Source: Podarcis filfolensis
Taxonomy: Eukaryota
Length of the DNA stretch: 64,000 bases
Assembly: GCA_964270895.1 (NCBI GenBank)
Contig: OZ185435.1
Strand: one strand, 5' to 3'
This document shows, piece by piece, positions 36,290 to 49,970 of this stretch (the first letter of the stretch is position 1; every line of letters starts with the position of its first letter). Position numbers and translations under genes: made by a program. The notes under the pieces were generated by a model. It was given only the letters and a program-made list of their open reading frames with translations. It did no database searches and was not told where the DNA came from.

Positions 36290-36517
36290 ACCTTGGGGAG
36301 ATCATTCCATGGGCAGGAAGCCACCCCTGAAAAGTCCCTTTTGTGTGTTGCCACTATCTGCACCTTCTTCGGAGAAGGCACACAGAGAAGGACATCAGAT
36401 GATGAATGCAGAGTCCTATTGGTTCATGTGTGGAGAGGTGGTCCTTGACTTACTGAGGTCTTGAGCTACATAAGGATTCATGGTTCAAAACCAGCACTTT
36501 GAATTGAGCCCGGAAAA
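36290..36517 (-). mobile_element. L2 LINE fragment
   Basis: gaaaagtccctttt...gttgccactatctgcacc...gtggagaggtggtccttg...ggttcaaaaccagcactttgaattgagcccggaaa, homologous to 30273-30920. Confidence 0.75.
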
Positions 36518-39500
36518 CCCCTTTCTCTCTTTCAAAAAACGGCATGCTTCATTTATGTGTAGCGTGTGTTGTGAGACAATCACCACCACCACCATCAATA
36601 AAAATAATAAAAATAAGCAGCAGCAACATTTTAAAAATATTTTGTTTGTTTATATACAATGCAGATTTAATCACTTCAAACTCATATGATTTTGATTTTC
36701 AGCCCTAATAACAATCCAGTGTTGCCTCAGCATTGACTTAATCTTATTGTTTCTAGCTTAAGATCACACTGGGGTGGGATGAAGTTTGTAAATTCCCAGG
36801 TAAGTTGCAAGTATTTTTTTTTTGAAGCCCACATTTAGTGACAGCTAAATCCCTAAAAGTTGGCCTCATTTCCTGAGCTCCCCATGGCTTGAAAGTGCTG
36901 TGAGGCAGCAGTTGGCGAATTTTGATAAATGTTTCAGGCATGCCAGTGGACATTATTAGGTGTCATCAGGCACCTGGCAAAATATCGTAAGGGTCTGCCG
37001 CGTGTCAGTGACGGTTGTAAATAAGCAGAGATGCATGACAGGTTCTACATTTAACGGCCAGAAAGCACACACCTTGGATGTGCTAATGCACAAGACACGG
37101 CAGAGTGCTTTAGCACATGGGGATTTGTGCACATCCTGGCTGTCAAGCACACTTCCTGAAGTGGATTTTTCAAGTGACTATAAAATGACTTCTCAGGAAG
37201 CTTTATTTGTACATTGAGGGATAATAAACATGATGCCCTCCAGCCAGCATGGTCAATGGTTGTAGGTCACAATACCTGGAGGGACACCAATTTGGCTAGC
37301 CAAGGATGGTGGATTTGGGAGGGAAGGAGTAGAGCTCTGGTCTCTGAGATGGTTCCTTTAAGAAGGAAGTAGAGAATGGTGGCGTCACAAAGCCTCATCT
37401 CTCCACTCTTGGGTTTCTAGCAAGTTATTAAACCACAATTTTTTTGCACATGCCTTTTTAGCTTCTGGGTTAGCTCCTTGATGCCGTGATTCCACCTAGT
37501 TACTGGGCCCTAAGGCAGCATGTTTTTACTCATGACCTATGTATATCCTTTTGAGCCTTCGTCATGGTGTTTCTATCTGAATGCTGTTGGTGCAGGATGG
37601 AAAGGAGAAAAAGGGTCTATCGAGTCATTTATATATTTAATGCATGCATATACATATACACATTGTGTGTGTCTGTGTATTAGTGCAGAATTATAGTATA
37701 CAGTAAATATAGATTTACAAACCTGGATTATACCCTTCCCCCCTTTTAAACTCCTCAAAGGGTTAGATCCAGACTTTCGTGTTCTGGAAATGATGTGGCT
37801 CCTTCCATCCATGAAATGCGTTTGATCCAGGACTGGGATCCCCGTGGCTGAAGGGAGAAGAGTGACTTTTACCAATTTATCTCCCCACCCTCCCACAACC
37901 TGCCTCCTGCACTCCAAAAACCAGCTCTAAGAGTCTCCAAACCCTCCTAGGAGCAGATTTTCATAGACAAGCAGCAACCCCAGAATGAAACTCTGCTCAG
38001 AAGATGCTGCTGTTGGTGTTTTACTCATAGAGTAATCTATGAAGAAACCCTTAATTTCAGTTTTCTCAGCACAGGAATCCTTCTTTGGGATTTAAAACCT
38101 TACTGCTTTGCTGAAGCATGCTAGTTGTCCAATTATTGTAAAAATGTTTTACACTGAAAGGTATAAATGCATAAAATACAACACATGAGTAACAAAAGTC
38201 AGTTTTCTGTAAATACAATATATTTGTGAAACTTCCTGAAGCAGGCCTAGCTTCTCTGCGTTTCTTGAAATAACACCTTGTACCCCTTGCACAAGGTGTG
38301 TACCCTTGTACAATCTGTGTTTGTTTAATTTTCTCCAAGGAAATATCACTGACACATTGCGACCCAATATGCTATTTTCTGCTGGTTTGTCATCACTGCA
38401 GATAGAGCTTGTGAAGTACATTGTGTATAGAAAATCAAAGGGAGTAAGAAAACGTTAAGTTTATCAGTAGGCCTTGTTATTGAGTATTAAGCTTGTTATG
38501 TTAGTCTTCACCCTTTGCATCTGCTTTGTTTTATCTTTAACTTGAATTTTTTAAAAATAAAATGTAAAGGTGTTTTTTTAAAAACCCCCCAAAAAGTGTC
38601 TGTTTTGCCAACCCTTATCTGTGCCTTGATAGCTTCCTTAATCTTCCATTGTGTAAAAGGCTTGCATCCGCATCTGGGCATTTTCGCACATTGCAGAATT
38701 GTTCACCCTGGAATGAACTTGCATGGACTGTAGGGGCTGATTCTTTTGAAAGCAGCAAACATGGGGTAAGATGCTTGGTATGTGTGTGTTTCTGGTTTAG
38801 CACATCACAGAGTTGGTCCTAAGAGTCTCTGCATTGAATTGATCTGAGACCTGTGCTGCTGTGTACGAAAGTAGTGCTAGAGGCTTGGTTGTGAATTACT
38901 TTGGCCCTGAACAGCATTCTCTACTACTGCTGTTGCCCATTAATACTATTCCTGCAAGGAAGATGGAAGAAGGAGCAACTTCCTTTATATTGAGCTCCAG
39001 TAGGGGTGAATTCATAGATGCAACGTTTACCAAGAAGTGTTAGTGATAAGCTTCAATGCCTAAGGGACAAAATCCCTTCTAAAACAAACTTTGGCTTGGA
39101 GTTCAGGAACTATTGATCTGCCATACTGATAACTAACCAGAGGCACTTTAGTTCTAGCATCTGCCTTGGTTGGGATTGGTGAGAAGTGTACTAATTTTTC
39201 GTAAACTGACCAAGAATGTGAATAGGCACTTGGAGAGCTTTATGAGATGTCAGAAGGTTGGCGGGAGTAGTAAAAACAATGTTACTAAGGCAAAATGATT
39301 TTTCCATTCAGGGTATACTGTTCTTCTGTTACTACACTTATTTGCTTTATAGCCAAATAAAAGTACTATATTTTTGAAAAACAACAACTACACTAGTAAA
39401 ACTACCCAAGCTGTGACTGTGCACATTACCAGCTTAAAATGCAGCTAGGTCATTCTTTTTCTCAATTTGGATCAAATCTGGTTTGGGGGAAAACACATCA

Positions 39501-40512
39501 AAAGTCAATATTTCAGGAATGACAGAATGGATACAAGATAGATTGTGACTACTGTCAGGTGCACACTGCTTGCCAAACCAGTAGTTGAAGTAATCTGGAT
39601 GCAGAGTGTACAGAGCATCACTCACAGGAGTGTTTTAGGATGTTTTGGAAGTTACACCTATTAATAGGCAGGCTCCACGTTCTGTGTTAGCTGGTTTCCA
39701 CACCATCTTCAGAGGTAGCCCCATGCATTGGAGTAGACTAGTCCCATATGATCTGTACCCTAGATGATCTAATGAGGCCCTTTACTGCATTCCACCACTT
39801 GCAAAGGCCACATTGGATTTTCTTTTCCATACAGCCTTCACACTCTGTCTTTCAGTTTTACTCTTTCTAAACCTTTTGATGTTGTATTGTATTACTGCAT
39901 GACTAATGTTGTTCAATTATATTTTTCTATTTTTACAAACTGCTATGACACTTTGGGATGAACAGCAAAATAGAAATATTTTAAATAAGTAATAAATAGC
40001 AGAGATTCATTTATAAGATTCTAATATATGTATTAAATTAAGTAAATTGCAAATTTAATAGGGTATCAGAATGTTTTCGGTTTATTTGTTGCTAGATTCC
40101 TGAAGAATAGTCTCAGCCTATAATGCAAAGTATTGTTTCTGAGACGTAGTCTTTGTGTCCAGCAATCTTTGTTAATAAATTTCTCCACGCTTAAGGTGTG
40201 TTGAAGAAATAATTAGCACAATGCTATCTAGGTTGCTTTTGAAAGCTTGTCAAAATCATTGATTCAATCTTCTCTCTTTAACACGACCAGAGGTATACAG
40301 AGAGGGTTTCGTGTCATCTTTTGTCTAATATTTGAGTGATGATATTGCTCAAATCTTAGTTTCTCCTAAACAGGAGACACTATAATGTAGAAACCAGCCT
40401 GTGAATTTAAAAGAGTGTCATGTTGGGATTTTTAGTAATATAATTGAATATAGATTTCTAATCTAATCTAGTCTCTTGAATATATATTTTTTTGCTCTGA
40501 AAAGTTTATACT

Positions 40513-40515
<3 letters not shown>

Positions 40516-40551
<36 letters not shown>
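40516..40551 (+). repeat. (AT)n microsatellite
   Basis: Directly visible. Confidence 0.95.
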
Positions 40552-40553
<2 letters not shown>

Positions 40554-41684
40554 GTTTCTTCATGGCTTGTCTTCTGGATATTTAGGTGCATAGATTGCTT
40601 TGATTTTAAAATTAAGTGTACAATTCCAATTTCTATAGAATTTTGAAAACCAGATAAAATTTGTGTCTTTCAAGGTAAGTCTGATGTGCAATTATTAGAC
40701 ACAAGATACCCAACATTCATGATCCTATGTATGCTTACTTGTGTTCAATGTAACTTACTCCCAGGTAAATGTGTACAAGGTTATGCAGAAACTTAAACCC
40801 CATTCATATAAACAGAACTGCTTATAAGCATGTACTGTGTCCCCTTGAATTCAATAGGACTGCCTTAGATCATACCATATTCGAATCATTAGCAAACAAA
40901 ATATTAGCTGGAGCTGGCTAGAACTTAAGATCTAGTGGAAATGCTACAGGACACAGTTTTTCCATATGTCCAGGCCTAAATGTCTGAGATTATCAAATAG
41001 TAGGCTATTATTACCAGACTGATTCTTTTTCTATAATAGGGAAGTAGCTAATAACATCTTCCCCTGTCATGTTTAAAATATCTCAGAGTGGTTATAGAAC
41101 TAATAGGTGTGGTAATGGGAGATGTAACACTATTTTTAATCTAACCTCTAACATCCAGTTAAATCTAATGTGAGCCACTGAGGTCATAGGAATTGATAAT
41201 CTTGTACTATTAAGAGTTGAAAACAAGATTCTTTGAGATGCGAGCATGACCTGAATGAAATGCGGGCAAACATCCCATCAGCATTATAGTCACATGTGGA
41301 ACCATAAATACCACTTTAATAATACTGTTTATTGACAAGTGGTTTCCAAAGCTTTGAAATCAAGCAGGAAGTCTGAATCTTTCTTTTTATTTATTTTTAA
41401 AGGTGGTAACTTTGAATTTAGAATCCAAAGTATTTGATATAGATGCTATACATGCTGAACTGTACATGTTTAAAGCTGTGCTATTTCAGGATGATTGTAC
41501 TGTCTGGTCTGTCAGTGCTTGCAGTCTAACTACTTCAAATTCCTTATTTTGGTAGCTACCTTAAAAGTTTTGGTGAATTAGGACTGCGTACACACCAACC
41601 TATTTGTACTATTTGTAGTACAAAACTGCAGTTTTTCCTGAATCCAGAATTGTTCATGCTTCTCCTCTACATGTTGCTATCAAT

Positions 41685-41978
41685 GTAACGTAAAGGGACC
41701 TCTGACCTTTAGGTCCAGTTGTGGCCGACTCTGGGGTTGCGGCGCTCATCTTGGTTTATTGGCCGAGGGAGCTGGCGTACAGCTTCTGGGTCATGTGGCC
41801 AGCATGACTAAGCCGCTTCTGGCGAAGCAGGTCAGTGCACTGAAACGCCATATACCTTCCTAGCTTTCGAACTGCTAGGTTGGCAGGAGCTGGGACCGAG
41901 CAACGGGAGCAAACCGCCGACCTTCTGAGCAGCAAGCCCTAGGCTCTGTGGTTTAACCCACAGCGCCACCCACGTCCC
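41685..41978 (-). mobile_element. Sauria SINE with two internal deletions
   Basis: Reverse complement aligns to 1636-1990 except for about 20 nt (B-box region) and about 40 nt missing. Confidence 0.92.
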
Positions 41979-42964
41979 TTATTGAGTCCAATTCTCGCCA
42001 ACAGCAAGGGTAGGTGTGGATGCTTAATGTGTTTTCAAAACCCTCCACCTTGATTAGGTTATCCATGCCTTTTCCTCTCTGCACATGCCTCAGGCGGATG
42101 AAGAAGGAAGTGGTGATTGAGATCTCAGTATATGTCCCTACACAACATCTTGTGCAGGTGTGCATAAACCCCCAGTTACCAGGACTGCCTACATCTGTTT
42201 TCATTTGTTCTCAAATGGACATATTGTGGGGTAATGCAGAAAAATCTTTTATTTTTGATATGGAATCAGTTTCTTCAGAAGTGCCTTTCTGGAGAAAAAC
42301 AACAACAACCAATCACAGTACATCTAGATTGTGTGTGTGGCATGTAGAAAAAGAAGAAGAACTCAGTCGCCATTGATTCTAGAATGTAATGTGATGTGTA
42401 TGTAGCCTGAGACAGAGAGGGGTTCTGGCAGCTATGGATGTGCCTTGTTTTTGTTTTCTGAGCATGGCTGCTTCAACACAGAGATTGCTCTTGCAATTCT
42501 TTGAGCCTTGCTTTTGCTTTTCTGTGATGGCTACTTGCCTAGGGCTGAACTTGTCAACAGAGCTGACATTTAAGGCTTATCTGTACAACTACTTGGAAAA
42601 TTGTCAATGTGCATCTGGGACACCTCTGACCCATAATCAATATCCTGGAGACTTTTTCCTAGTTCTCTTGACTATTTCTATGGAAATGGCGCTGCTGTGG
42701 TCCTTGCTGGCACAGTCTACATGCAGGTCTGATGCGGGAGTATGGTAGTACCTACCTTTTCCTTTTGGATGTTCCCTCTCTCACCCCTGGTGTTTGAGCT
42801 AAAACACTGAACTAAGTGCAGTGCAGATAGACTTAGGTTGGGGATTTTTCTGGTTGGATCCAGAGTTTTCATTAGTGGAATTGCCCGGGAAGGTTGCAGA
42901 ACATTGGGGACTGTAGGAAGGGAAATTGAAGAAAACCGTCTATCTTTGTGGTAATAAAAATAAT

Positions 42965-43085
42965 TTTTTATTATTTATACCTCACTCTCCCCAGCCAAGG
43001 CCGAGCTCAGGGTGGCTAACAAGCAATTATAAAAACAAGTTGAATGAATACAACTTAAAAACAAGATTAAAATACATTAAAACAT
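42965..43085 (-). mobile_element. L2-type 3' tail remnant
   Basis: ttattatttatacctcactctccccagccaaggccgagctcagggtggctaacaagc followed by an A-rich tract. Confidence 0.5.
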
Positions 43086-43637
43086 TAATTATTAGCTTCT
43101 GCTAGAACTCAAGGCCTTCTACAGAGAGAAAGTGCATTTCTGTTTTGGGGCATTCTGGATCCAGCATCGAAAAGTGTCAATGGGAAAACTAGAGCTAAAT
43201 TTTTTAAATGTTGTATATAATATACAGTGTATACATATGTATACCCAGGGAGAGAGAGAGAGATACTTTGGCTTGAAACCATTTTTTTGCTTTCCCATAA
43301 TTTGAAAACAAGTTTAATTTATGGCATGAAATTATAAAGGCCATTAGTGTCTTTGCATAGTTCAAAAAATTAAAGCAGCTGAGATATGGAGGTTTAAAAT
43401 GTAGCTACTCTGCATGCACATTAACAACTTTTCTTTAAGGATTTATATCGCCATCGCTTCTGTTTCATGCATAGTGTAATACACAGATTTTATAGCATGT
43501 TACTTTTTAAATATGTAAAACTCCAGTAGGAGTCATTATGCCTTGTACTATAAGGTGTCTGTAGATTAATGGTCACTGGGACATGTTTATATTACAACTT
43601 TCAATTTCCTGATGTTGCAGTTCAAGTGTGGAGTATA

Positions 43638-43640
<3 letters not shown>

Positions 43641-43683
<43 letters not shown>

Positions 43684-43696
43684 TGTGTTTGTGTGT
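43641..43696 (+). repeat. (GT)n microsatellite
   Basis: Directly visible. Confidence 0.95.
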
Positions 43697-43723
43697 TTTC
43701 AGATAGAAATGGTTCCTTTATAC

Positions 43724-44046
43724 CATGGGTAGGCAAACTAAGGTCTGGGGGCCGGATCTGGCCCATTTGCCTTCTAAATCTGGCCAGTGGACGGTCTGGG
43801 AATCAGTGTGTTTTTACATGAGTAGAATGTGTTCTTTTATTTAAAATGCATCTCTGGGTTATTTGTGGGGACTGCCTGGTGTTTTTACATGAGTAGAATG
43901 TGTGCTTTTATTTAAAATGCATCTCTGGGTTATTTGTGGGGCATAGGAATTCGTTCATTTTTACCCCCAAAATATAGTCCGGCCCCCCCCACAAGGTCTG
44001 AGGGACAGTGGACCGGCCCCCTGCTGAAAAAGTTTGCTGACCCCTG
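43724..44046 (+). mobile_element. hAT-type MITE with an internal 63-bp duplication
   Basis: TIRs catgggtaggcaaact and agtttgctgacccctg; same family as 665-918. 43808-43870 is repeated at 43879-43941. Confidence 0.9.
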
Positions 44047-46899
44047 CATACAGTATGTTCATGTGAACCATTTTAATTTGGCTTCGTTGTGTGCTTTCCA
44101 TAGTACTGTGAATACGTTATGAAGCTCTACAGGAGTGAGACTGTGGCCGTGTGGCTGGCACAAGGCAAAACATGCTGCCAATCCATTGGTTCCACTCAGA
44201 GACCTGCCCCTGCTGCCACCTCATCCCAGCCTTGTGTAGGAAAGCAGCAGCAACTCTGGCATTGGGATGGGAGCTATGTGGCTCCACCCCACACCACATT
44301 CTGCTACTGGAGAAACTGTGTCTGTCAAATACCTTCCTATGAAAAATGGGGTGAAATCTACCCTGAGCATGCTTTTCATTGCAGAAACAATACAGCAGCA
44401 AACAGTGCAATCCACCTAATTGATTGTGAGCTGCACAGTAGTATACAGTGTCCCCAAATTTCAGCCACTTAACCATTTACAGTTTTCTTTCTTTTTTGGG
44501 GGGTGGGGGGGAAAGCCATGGGCAAAAAACAATAATAATCACCCAATATATCTTGATTTTGCCACTTAGGTACATTTCCTCCAGTTAACGTGTTAACTAA
44601 ATGAGGGGGAAATGCCCCATGCAGCAAGCACTTTTTTAAAAAATAAAAAATTTCAAGCAAAAACGGACCCAGAGAAGCAGACAAGTGCACTTGTTTTGGC
44701 ACATCACATGTTTCTTTATTCTACTGTGCTAAGACACATTCCAAGTCACCTTGGTGTAGAAAACTACTTCAGAAATATGTATCTTGTCAGGTTTTGTTTT
44801 TGTTTTTTGCTTTTCCTGGTAGATTTGGTGTGTGCATAATGCTTATCCATGGTTTAGCAGTCTGTACAGAAGCAAGAAAAGAGCCCAAATGAAGTGTTGG
44901 GTTTCAGCATCCCCCCCAATTCCTGCTGAGTTGTTTCACTTTCAAACAAGTTATGGCTACTGACCCATCTGAAGACCACTTGTATACTCTAATGATGATG
45001 GAGCCCGTGGCCTGTGCAGTGCTGCTGCATTATGGGAGTTGTAGTCCAATAATATCTGGAGGACCACAGTCCCCTTGTTGTTTGTCTGCCGTGGCAGGCA
45101 GTGGCTTTTCAGGGGTTCAGACGGTGCTTTTGTCAGTTCTACCTGGAGGTGTCAGGAAGCAAATCTGGGCTGTTTTGCATGCAAAACATATACCACTGAG
45201 CATTGGCTCTCCCCCAGTTCTTCTTCTATCCCTCACAGAAGAACATGATGGTCACTCCAGATAATTTCCTCAAATTGTAAAGCCTAAGGTAATGAACTCG
45301 AACAGTTATCTGTCATGTAAGCTGAATTGCTTTTTAAACTGAATTGCAGTTTAAATGTTACTTATATTGTGTGAATGCGTGGGAAAATATGTCTAATAAC
45401 TGGAACTTGTTTAGAAAGACTGGTAAAAGTTGGTTGTTGGCTGTAATTTGTACATAACTTGCCCAGAAAGAAACTTTATCATTTTGTCAAAACAGTGTGA
45501 TCTCCCCCACCCCCAATTTACTGTACCTACGCTACTATAGTCTCCTTTGAACATGTATATAGCTGTTCAAAGTATATGCTCATTATACTTTTATTAGTCA
45601 TATTTTACCACATTTGTTAAAATGCAGTTGCAGCGTTTATTAGCTGGGGTTTCCAGGAGAAATAACAAGCATGGTTGGTAACTGAAATTATTTTAGTAAA
45701 CATTTTGGTGGGGTTTCCTTCCCCATGGTTCTGTATTTAAAACTGGGTGAAGAGAGGAGGTGGCATAAAAGCAAGCAAATATCATGGTAATACCTATTTA
45801 ATTTTGATTTGGCTGTATGTACACATACACTTTTTGTTTGTTTGTGTTTAGATATGTTTGTTCCTCTAAGTAGTGCAGTGTGTATGTCAGATCAATGAAA
45901 GGTTTGTGGCAGAGAGAGATGTTATGTTTTGTACCTTTTGTTGAGCAAATTTCCCTTGTGTGGGCCTTTAACCATCACTAGAACCATTCCTGAAACTCAA
46001 TACTTTTGTTTCCTATAACCAAAGAAATTATCTACCTATGGAATATATTAACTGTTGCACCCTGTATTTTTCATGATTGCTAAAATGTTTTGGTGGAAGG
46101 ACTTCTAAATACAATATGTAACTTACACTGCCCATTAGCTCACCATAGGGGGGCTAACTATGGCTCTGTGATTTGAGCTGGGTTGACATCTGTGAAACCA
46201 CATTTATTAATGTACATACGAAAGAGTAAGTGCATTTTCTTTAATAAACCCTCTGCAAATTGAATGAGATTTTTTGATTTTGTATGTATGCTTTTTAAAA
46301 AAGACAAACAAACCAACAACTGCAATTTATTATTACTTGCATTGCTCATGTGATCTGTGAAAGACGAAAACTCTTGCTATTTAATATTTTTTGTAAGTTT
46401 CAGAGAAGAGTAGAAATTTAGAGTGATATGTATGAATGCATGGATTTGGACAAGATAAAGATGGAATACTAAAATAGAGCTTAGCATTAGCTGCCTGAGC
46501 CAGCACAAGTCTCGGGCTCATGTTGTCTCCCATCCCAGAATTCTGAATCTGTAAGTGAAAATGCCTCTTGAACCCAAGCTCTAGTTTGAAAATACTAGGA
46601 CTGTCACAGTTGTAGCCTTTATCTTAGAAGTAGTCAAATCCATATTTTTTACTATGGCAGTGTTCACTATACTTGCTGCCTCGGTTACATTTTAGAAACA
46701 TACTTTAGAAATTCTAAAAATGAGCAAGTAATTCTAAAAATGAGCAAGTATTTCTGACACATGTGCTTTAAGACAGTCTCTTTAAAGCAGGGGTCAGGAA
46801 ACTCAGGCCTATGGGCCAAATGCACCCCCTGGTCTCTTTGTACAGTCCTCTAAGCTCTTCTTAGTCCAGTACCACATTTTACTGGTTTTTCTGCAAGAA

Positions 46900-47355
46900 T
46901 ATGATGGGGAACTTTGTCCAAAGCCTTACTGAAATCAAGATAGACTATGTCCACAGCATACCCCTGATCCACCAATCTTGTAACTCTATCCAAAAACGGA
47001 AAAGGAAAAAAATGAGCTTCATCTGGCATGACATGTTTTTGAGAAACCCATGCTGGGTATTAATAATTATAGTATCCATTTCTAAGTGCTCACAGACCAA
47101 CCATGTAATTATCTGTTCTAGGACCTTTCTTTGTATTGACCTCAAACTGATCGGTCTGTAGTTACCTGGGTCTTCATCCCCCCCCCCTTTGAAGATTTGG
47201 ACAGCGTTTGCCTGCCTCCAGTCTGCAGGGTCACGTGTTCTCCAAGAATTCCCAGAGATTATAGACAGAGACTGAGATTACATCCGCAAGCTCCTTTTGT
47301 ACCCTTGGTATCATCAGGCCCTGGAGATCTGAATTCATGTAAAGTAGCTAGGTGT
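46900..47355 (-). mobile_element. CR1 ORF2 reverse-transcriptase fragment
   Basis: The minus strand encodes QHGFLKNMSCQ, and the reverse complement of gaactttgtccaaagccttactgaaatcaagatagac reads the VYLDFSKALDKVP motif of CR1 RT. Confidence 0.9.
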
Positions 47356-49313
47356 CCCTTTATCCCCACATCGCTGTTCCAGGACAGAGATATTCTAGAA
47401 ATTTCTCATATTGTCTGATAGGTCAAAGTGTGGATAGGTGAGGCTCAAGTTGCTGTACCTTCTCTTCCATAAAGGCAACCAGCTTGAACTTGCTGCAAGT
47501 GTAGTTTTGCACATTCTCAGGGAGGAAGACACCAAGTCACTGCAGCATCTCCCTCGCTGTTCATGTCACATCTGTGGCTCTGTCCCATTACGCCTCTGGC
47601 CTCAGTGTGTGATGTGGCACCTGGAAGGTTTGTTCATGAGGAAACATAGCCTCTGCCTGAGAAAGGGTTCGCCCTTTCTGTTCTAAAGGAAGGACCTTGT
47701 ACAACAATCATTGGAAGATGGTAATGATGTTTTGTTTTAAGATGTCAAATTTAATATACAACCCTGCATAAGTTTATTCTCAGACATACTTGCTTACAGT
47801 AGCTTCAATGCTGGTAGCAGTATAACTGCTGTAAATTTTCTTTAGTTGAATGAAGAATTTTCTGACATGTCGTGCTGTCAGTATAGTTTGTAATAGTTCT
47901 GATGTTATCAGTAGTAGAACATTCTGGAAGTCCATCATAAAATACAAATTTCATGGAAACCCAGGCAGATGGGTGGGGTATAAATAATAAAATGATTAGT
48001 ATTCGTAGTATTATTACCTGCTTATTTACACAATTATCATAGGCAGAAATGAACACCATGTTTATTCTAGACATCTGTGAGGCTGCCAGTTGTATTTGAC
48101 ATTTGAAAATCTTTGGTTCCTCAAAAGAGAAACCAGTCAAGGACACCTGGTGGCTCAAAAAATGAGCCATTAGTGACCTATGAAGTGTCCTTTATGTACT
48201 GTTTCCTGGTCCCTCCCTCCACATAGCTCATCTATACCTAATATTTGTATTTTGTCATTTTCTTTTTACTACCTCCACCCCAGTGCTAGCAAAAACTGTT
48301 TCCAAGTTTACTGAAAATCTGCATGTTCAAAGCAGTATAAGGCAGGCATTGTGTTGATTTTATCAGGAGACTTTTATGTGCAGCGTTTATGATTTATTTT
48401 TATTTATTCCATTTCTGAGTTGCATTTCCCACTTACCAGGAGTGCCCGTACATAATATATAATTGTTCTGGTATAGAACCTAGCTTGCTTTTATTTGGTT
48501 CTGTCTCAAAAGTGTTGTGTATTTTGACTTTAGCTTAAAAATATATACTGGTCTGGAATAAGCCTTCGCCAACATTTTTTGTCCTGTGCCTATTTAATTT
48601 TTTTTTAATGTTCGAAATAGTGTTCATGATCAGAAACAGATACACTGTTTAAGTATTGGAACAAAAGGTGGAAGTTTTCAAAGAACAGAATGCTGCTGCC
48701 TGTATCCTGTTCATGGAGGAGCTGACCTGTATTTGAATATCAAGGTTCTTAGCAATGTACCTTCTTGGGGGCTGGGGTGAGTGTGACTATGATGTAATGC
48801 AGAACAGTGAATTTTTCAAGCCGCACAGTGATGCACTCCTGAGAATGGAACCAAGCCATTAGTACATCACGGAGAATTACTGATTCCAAGGAGACACCCT
48901 TGAGAGAGGAAGTACTGTAATGAGAAAGCAGCAATGTTGTTCTAATATTTGTTGTTTCCTTTGAAATGGCTAAAATACCTGAAATGATTTATACCTAATT
49001 GAGCTTTGCATTCCATCTGATAGGGTAAATGTTCTCAGGCCATTTATCATCGGTGGCTTTTCAAGATCTCCTAGGAGTACATGGCGTATATTTACCTTAA
49101 CTTGGCAAGGTCAAGGGAAATAGCTTTTTTTTAAACAAAACAAAACACCAAAGCAAAACAAGAATAATACGTGATACCGTATGAGATTGCAGGAAAACTA
49201 GAAATGCAGTGCTGGCATGATTTACATACTTTCATCCTGCTTTCATTGTTGCTAATACAAATATGTCGCATAACTAGTTAAAATGTGTAGATTAATACTA
49301 CTACTACAACAAC

Positions 49314-49336
49314 TAATAATAATAATAATAATAATA
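49314..49336 (+). repeat. (AAT)n microsatellite
   Basis: Directly visible. Confidence 0.9.
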
Positions 49337-49664
49337 TACAATATTAATTTGTACAAGTTTTAATTGCTCCTGAGAATGGGCGTGGCTTGGTGGTGGGGTG
49401 AGAAAATGTATTTCGATCCAGTTCTGCTGTTAGTTGTGTCTGGGATTGAAAGAAATGTGGATCTCATCTTTAATGCCCATGGGGAACTTGCACTTACGTT
49501 CTCAAACGACAGGCCTATACTGCATGTAAGAACTGAAACGAGGAAGCTTTCTAAATCAGTTTGTGATGTGGCATGGTACAGTGTGGTGGTCTGCTGTTCA
49601 AAAAGTGTGTATATTGGGGTCAAGGCTAGCCTAGGACATTTTGCCACTTGTCCTGTACCCTGCT

Positions 49665-49850
49665 ATATTTATATCCTACCTTTCCTCCAGGGAGATCAAG
49701 GTGGCACACATCATTCTTTCCCTGCTATGTCTTATCCTCACAACAACTCTTTGAGAAAGGTTAGGTGGAGAGTGAGTGGCCCAAGACTACCTAGCAGGCT
49801 TCATGGCACAATTGGGATCTGAATCTAGGTCTCTCCAGACCTAATTCAAC
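49665..49850 (-). mobile_element. MIR-like tRNA SINE
   Basis: atttatatcctacctttcctcc...tatcctcacaacaactctttgagaaaggttagg...ggcccaagactacctagcaggcttcatggc. Confidence 0.7.
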
Positions 49851-49890
49851 ATCATCATTGGCATCATCATTTTCTTTAGTGTTTGGAGCG

Positions 49891-49970
49891 CAGGTAGGGA
49901 ACCTGTTCCCCTCTAGATGTTTTTGGACTGCAACTCCCATGATCCTTGACCACTGGTTACGCTGGCTGGG
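49891..49970. mobile_element. Small hAT-type MITE half
   Basis: caggtagggaacctgttcccctctagatgtttttggactgcaactcccatgatccttgaccactgg, related to 14697-14832. Confidence 0.55.

Noticed and set aside
40639-40674. 36-nt open candidate exon (tag|AAT...AAG|gtaagt)
   Set aside because: The donor is strong but the acceptor is modest and the peptide unrecognisable; it cannot be distinguished from a pseudo-exon.
2470-47355. Two CR1 ORF2 fragments (2470-3226 and 46900-47355) as halves of one split element
   Set aside because: They overlap by about 70 bp of the same ORF2 region with several differences, so independent insertions are more likely.
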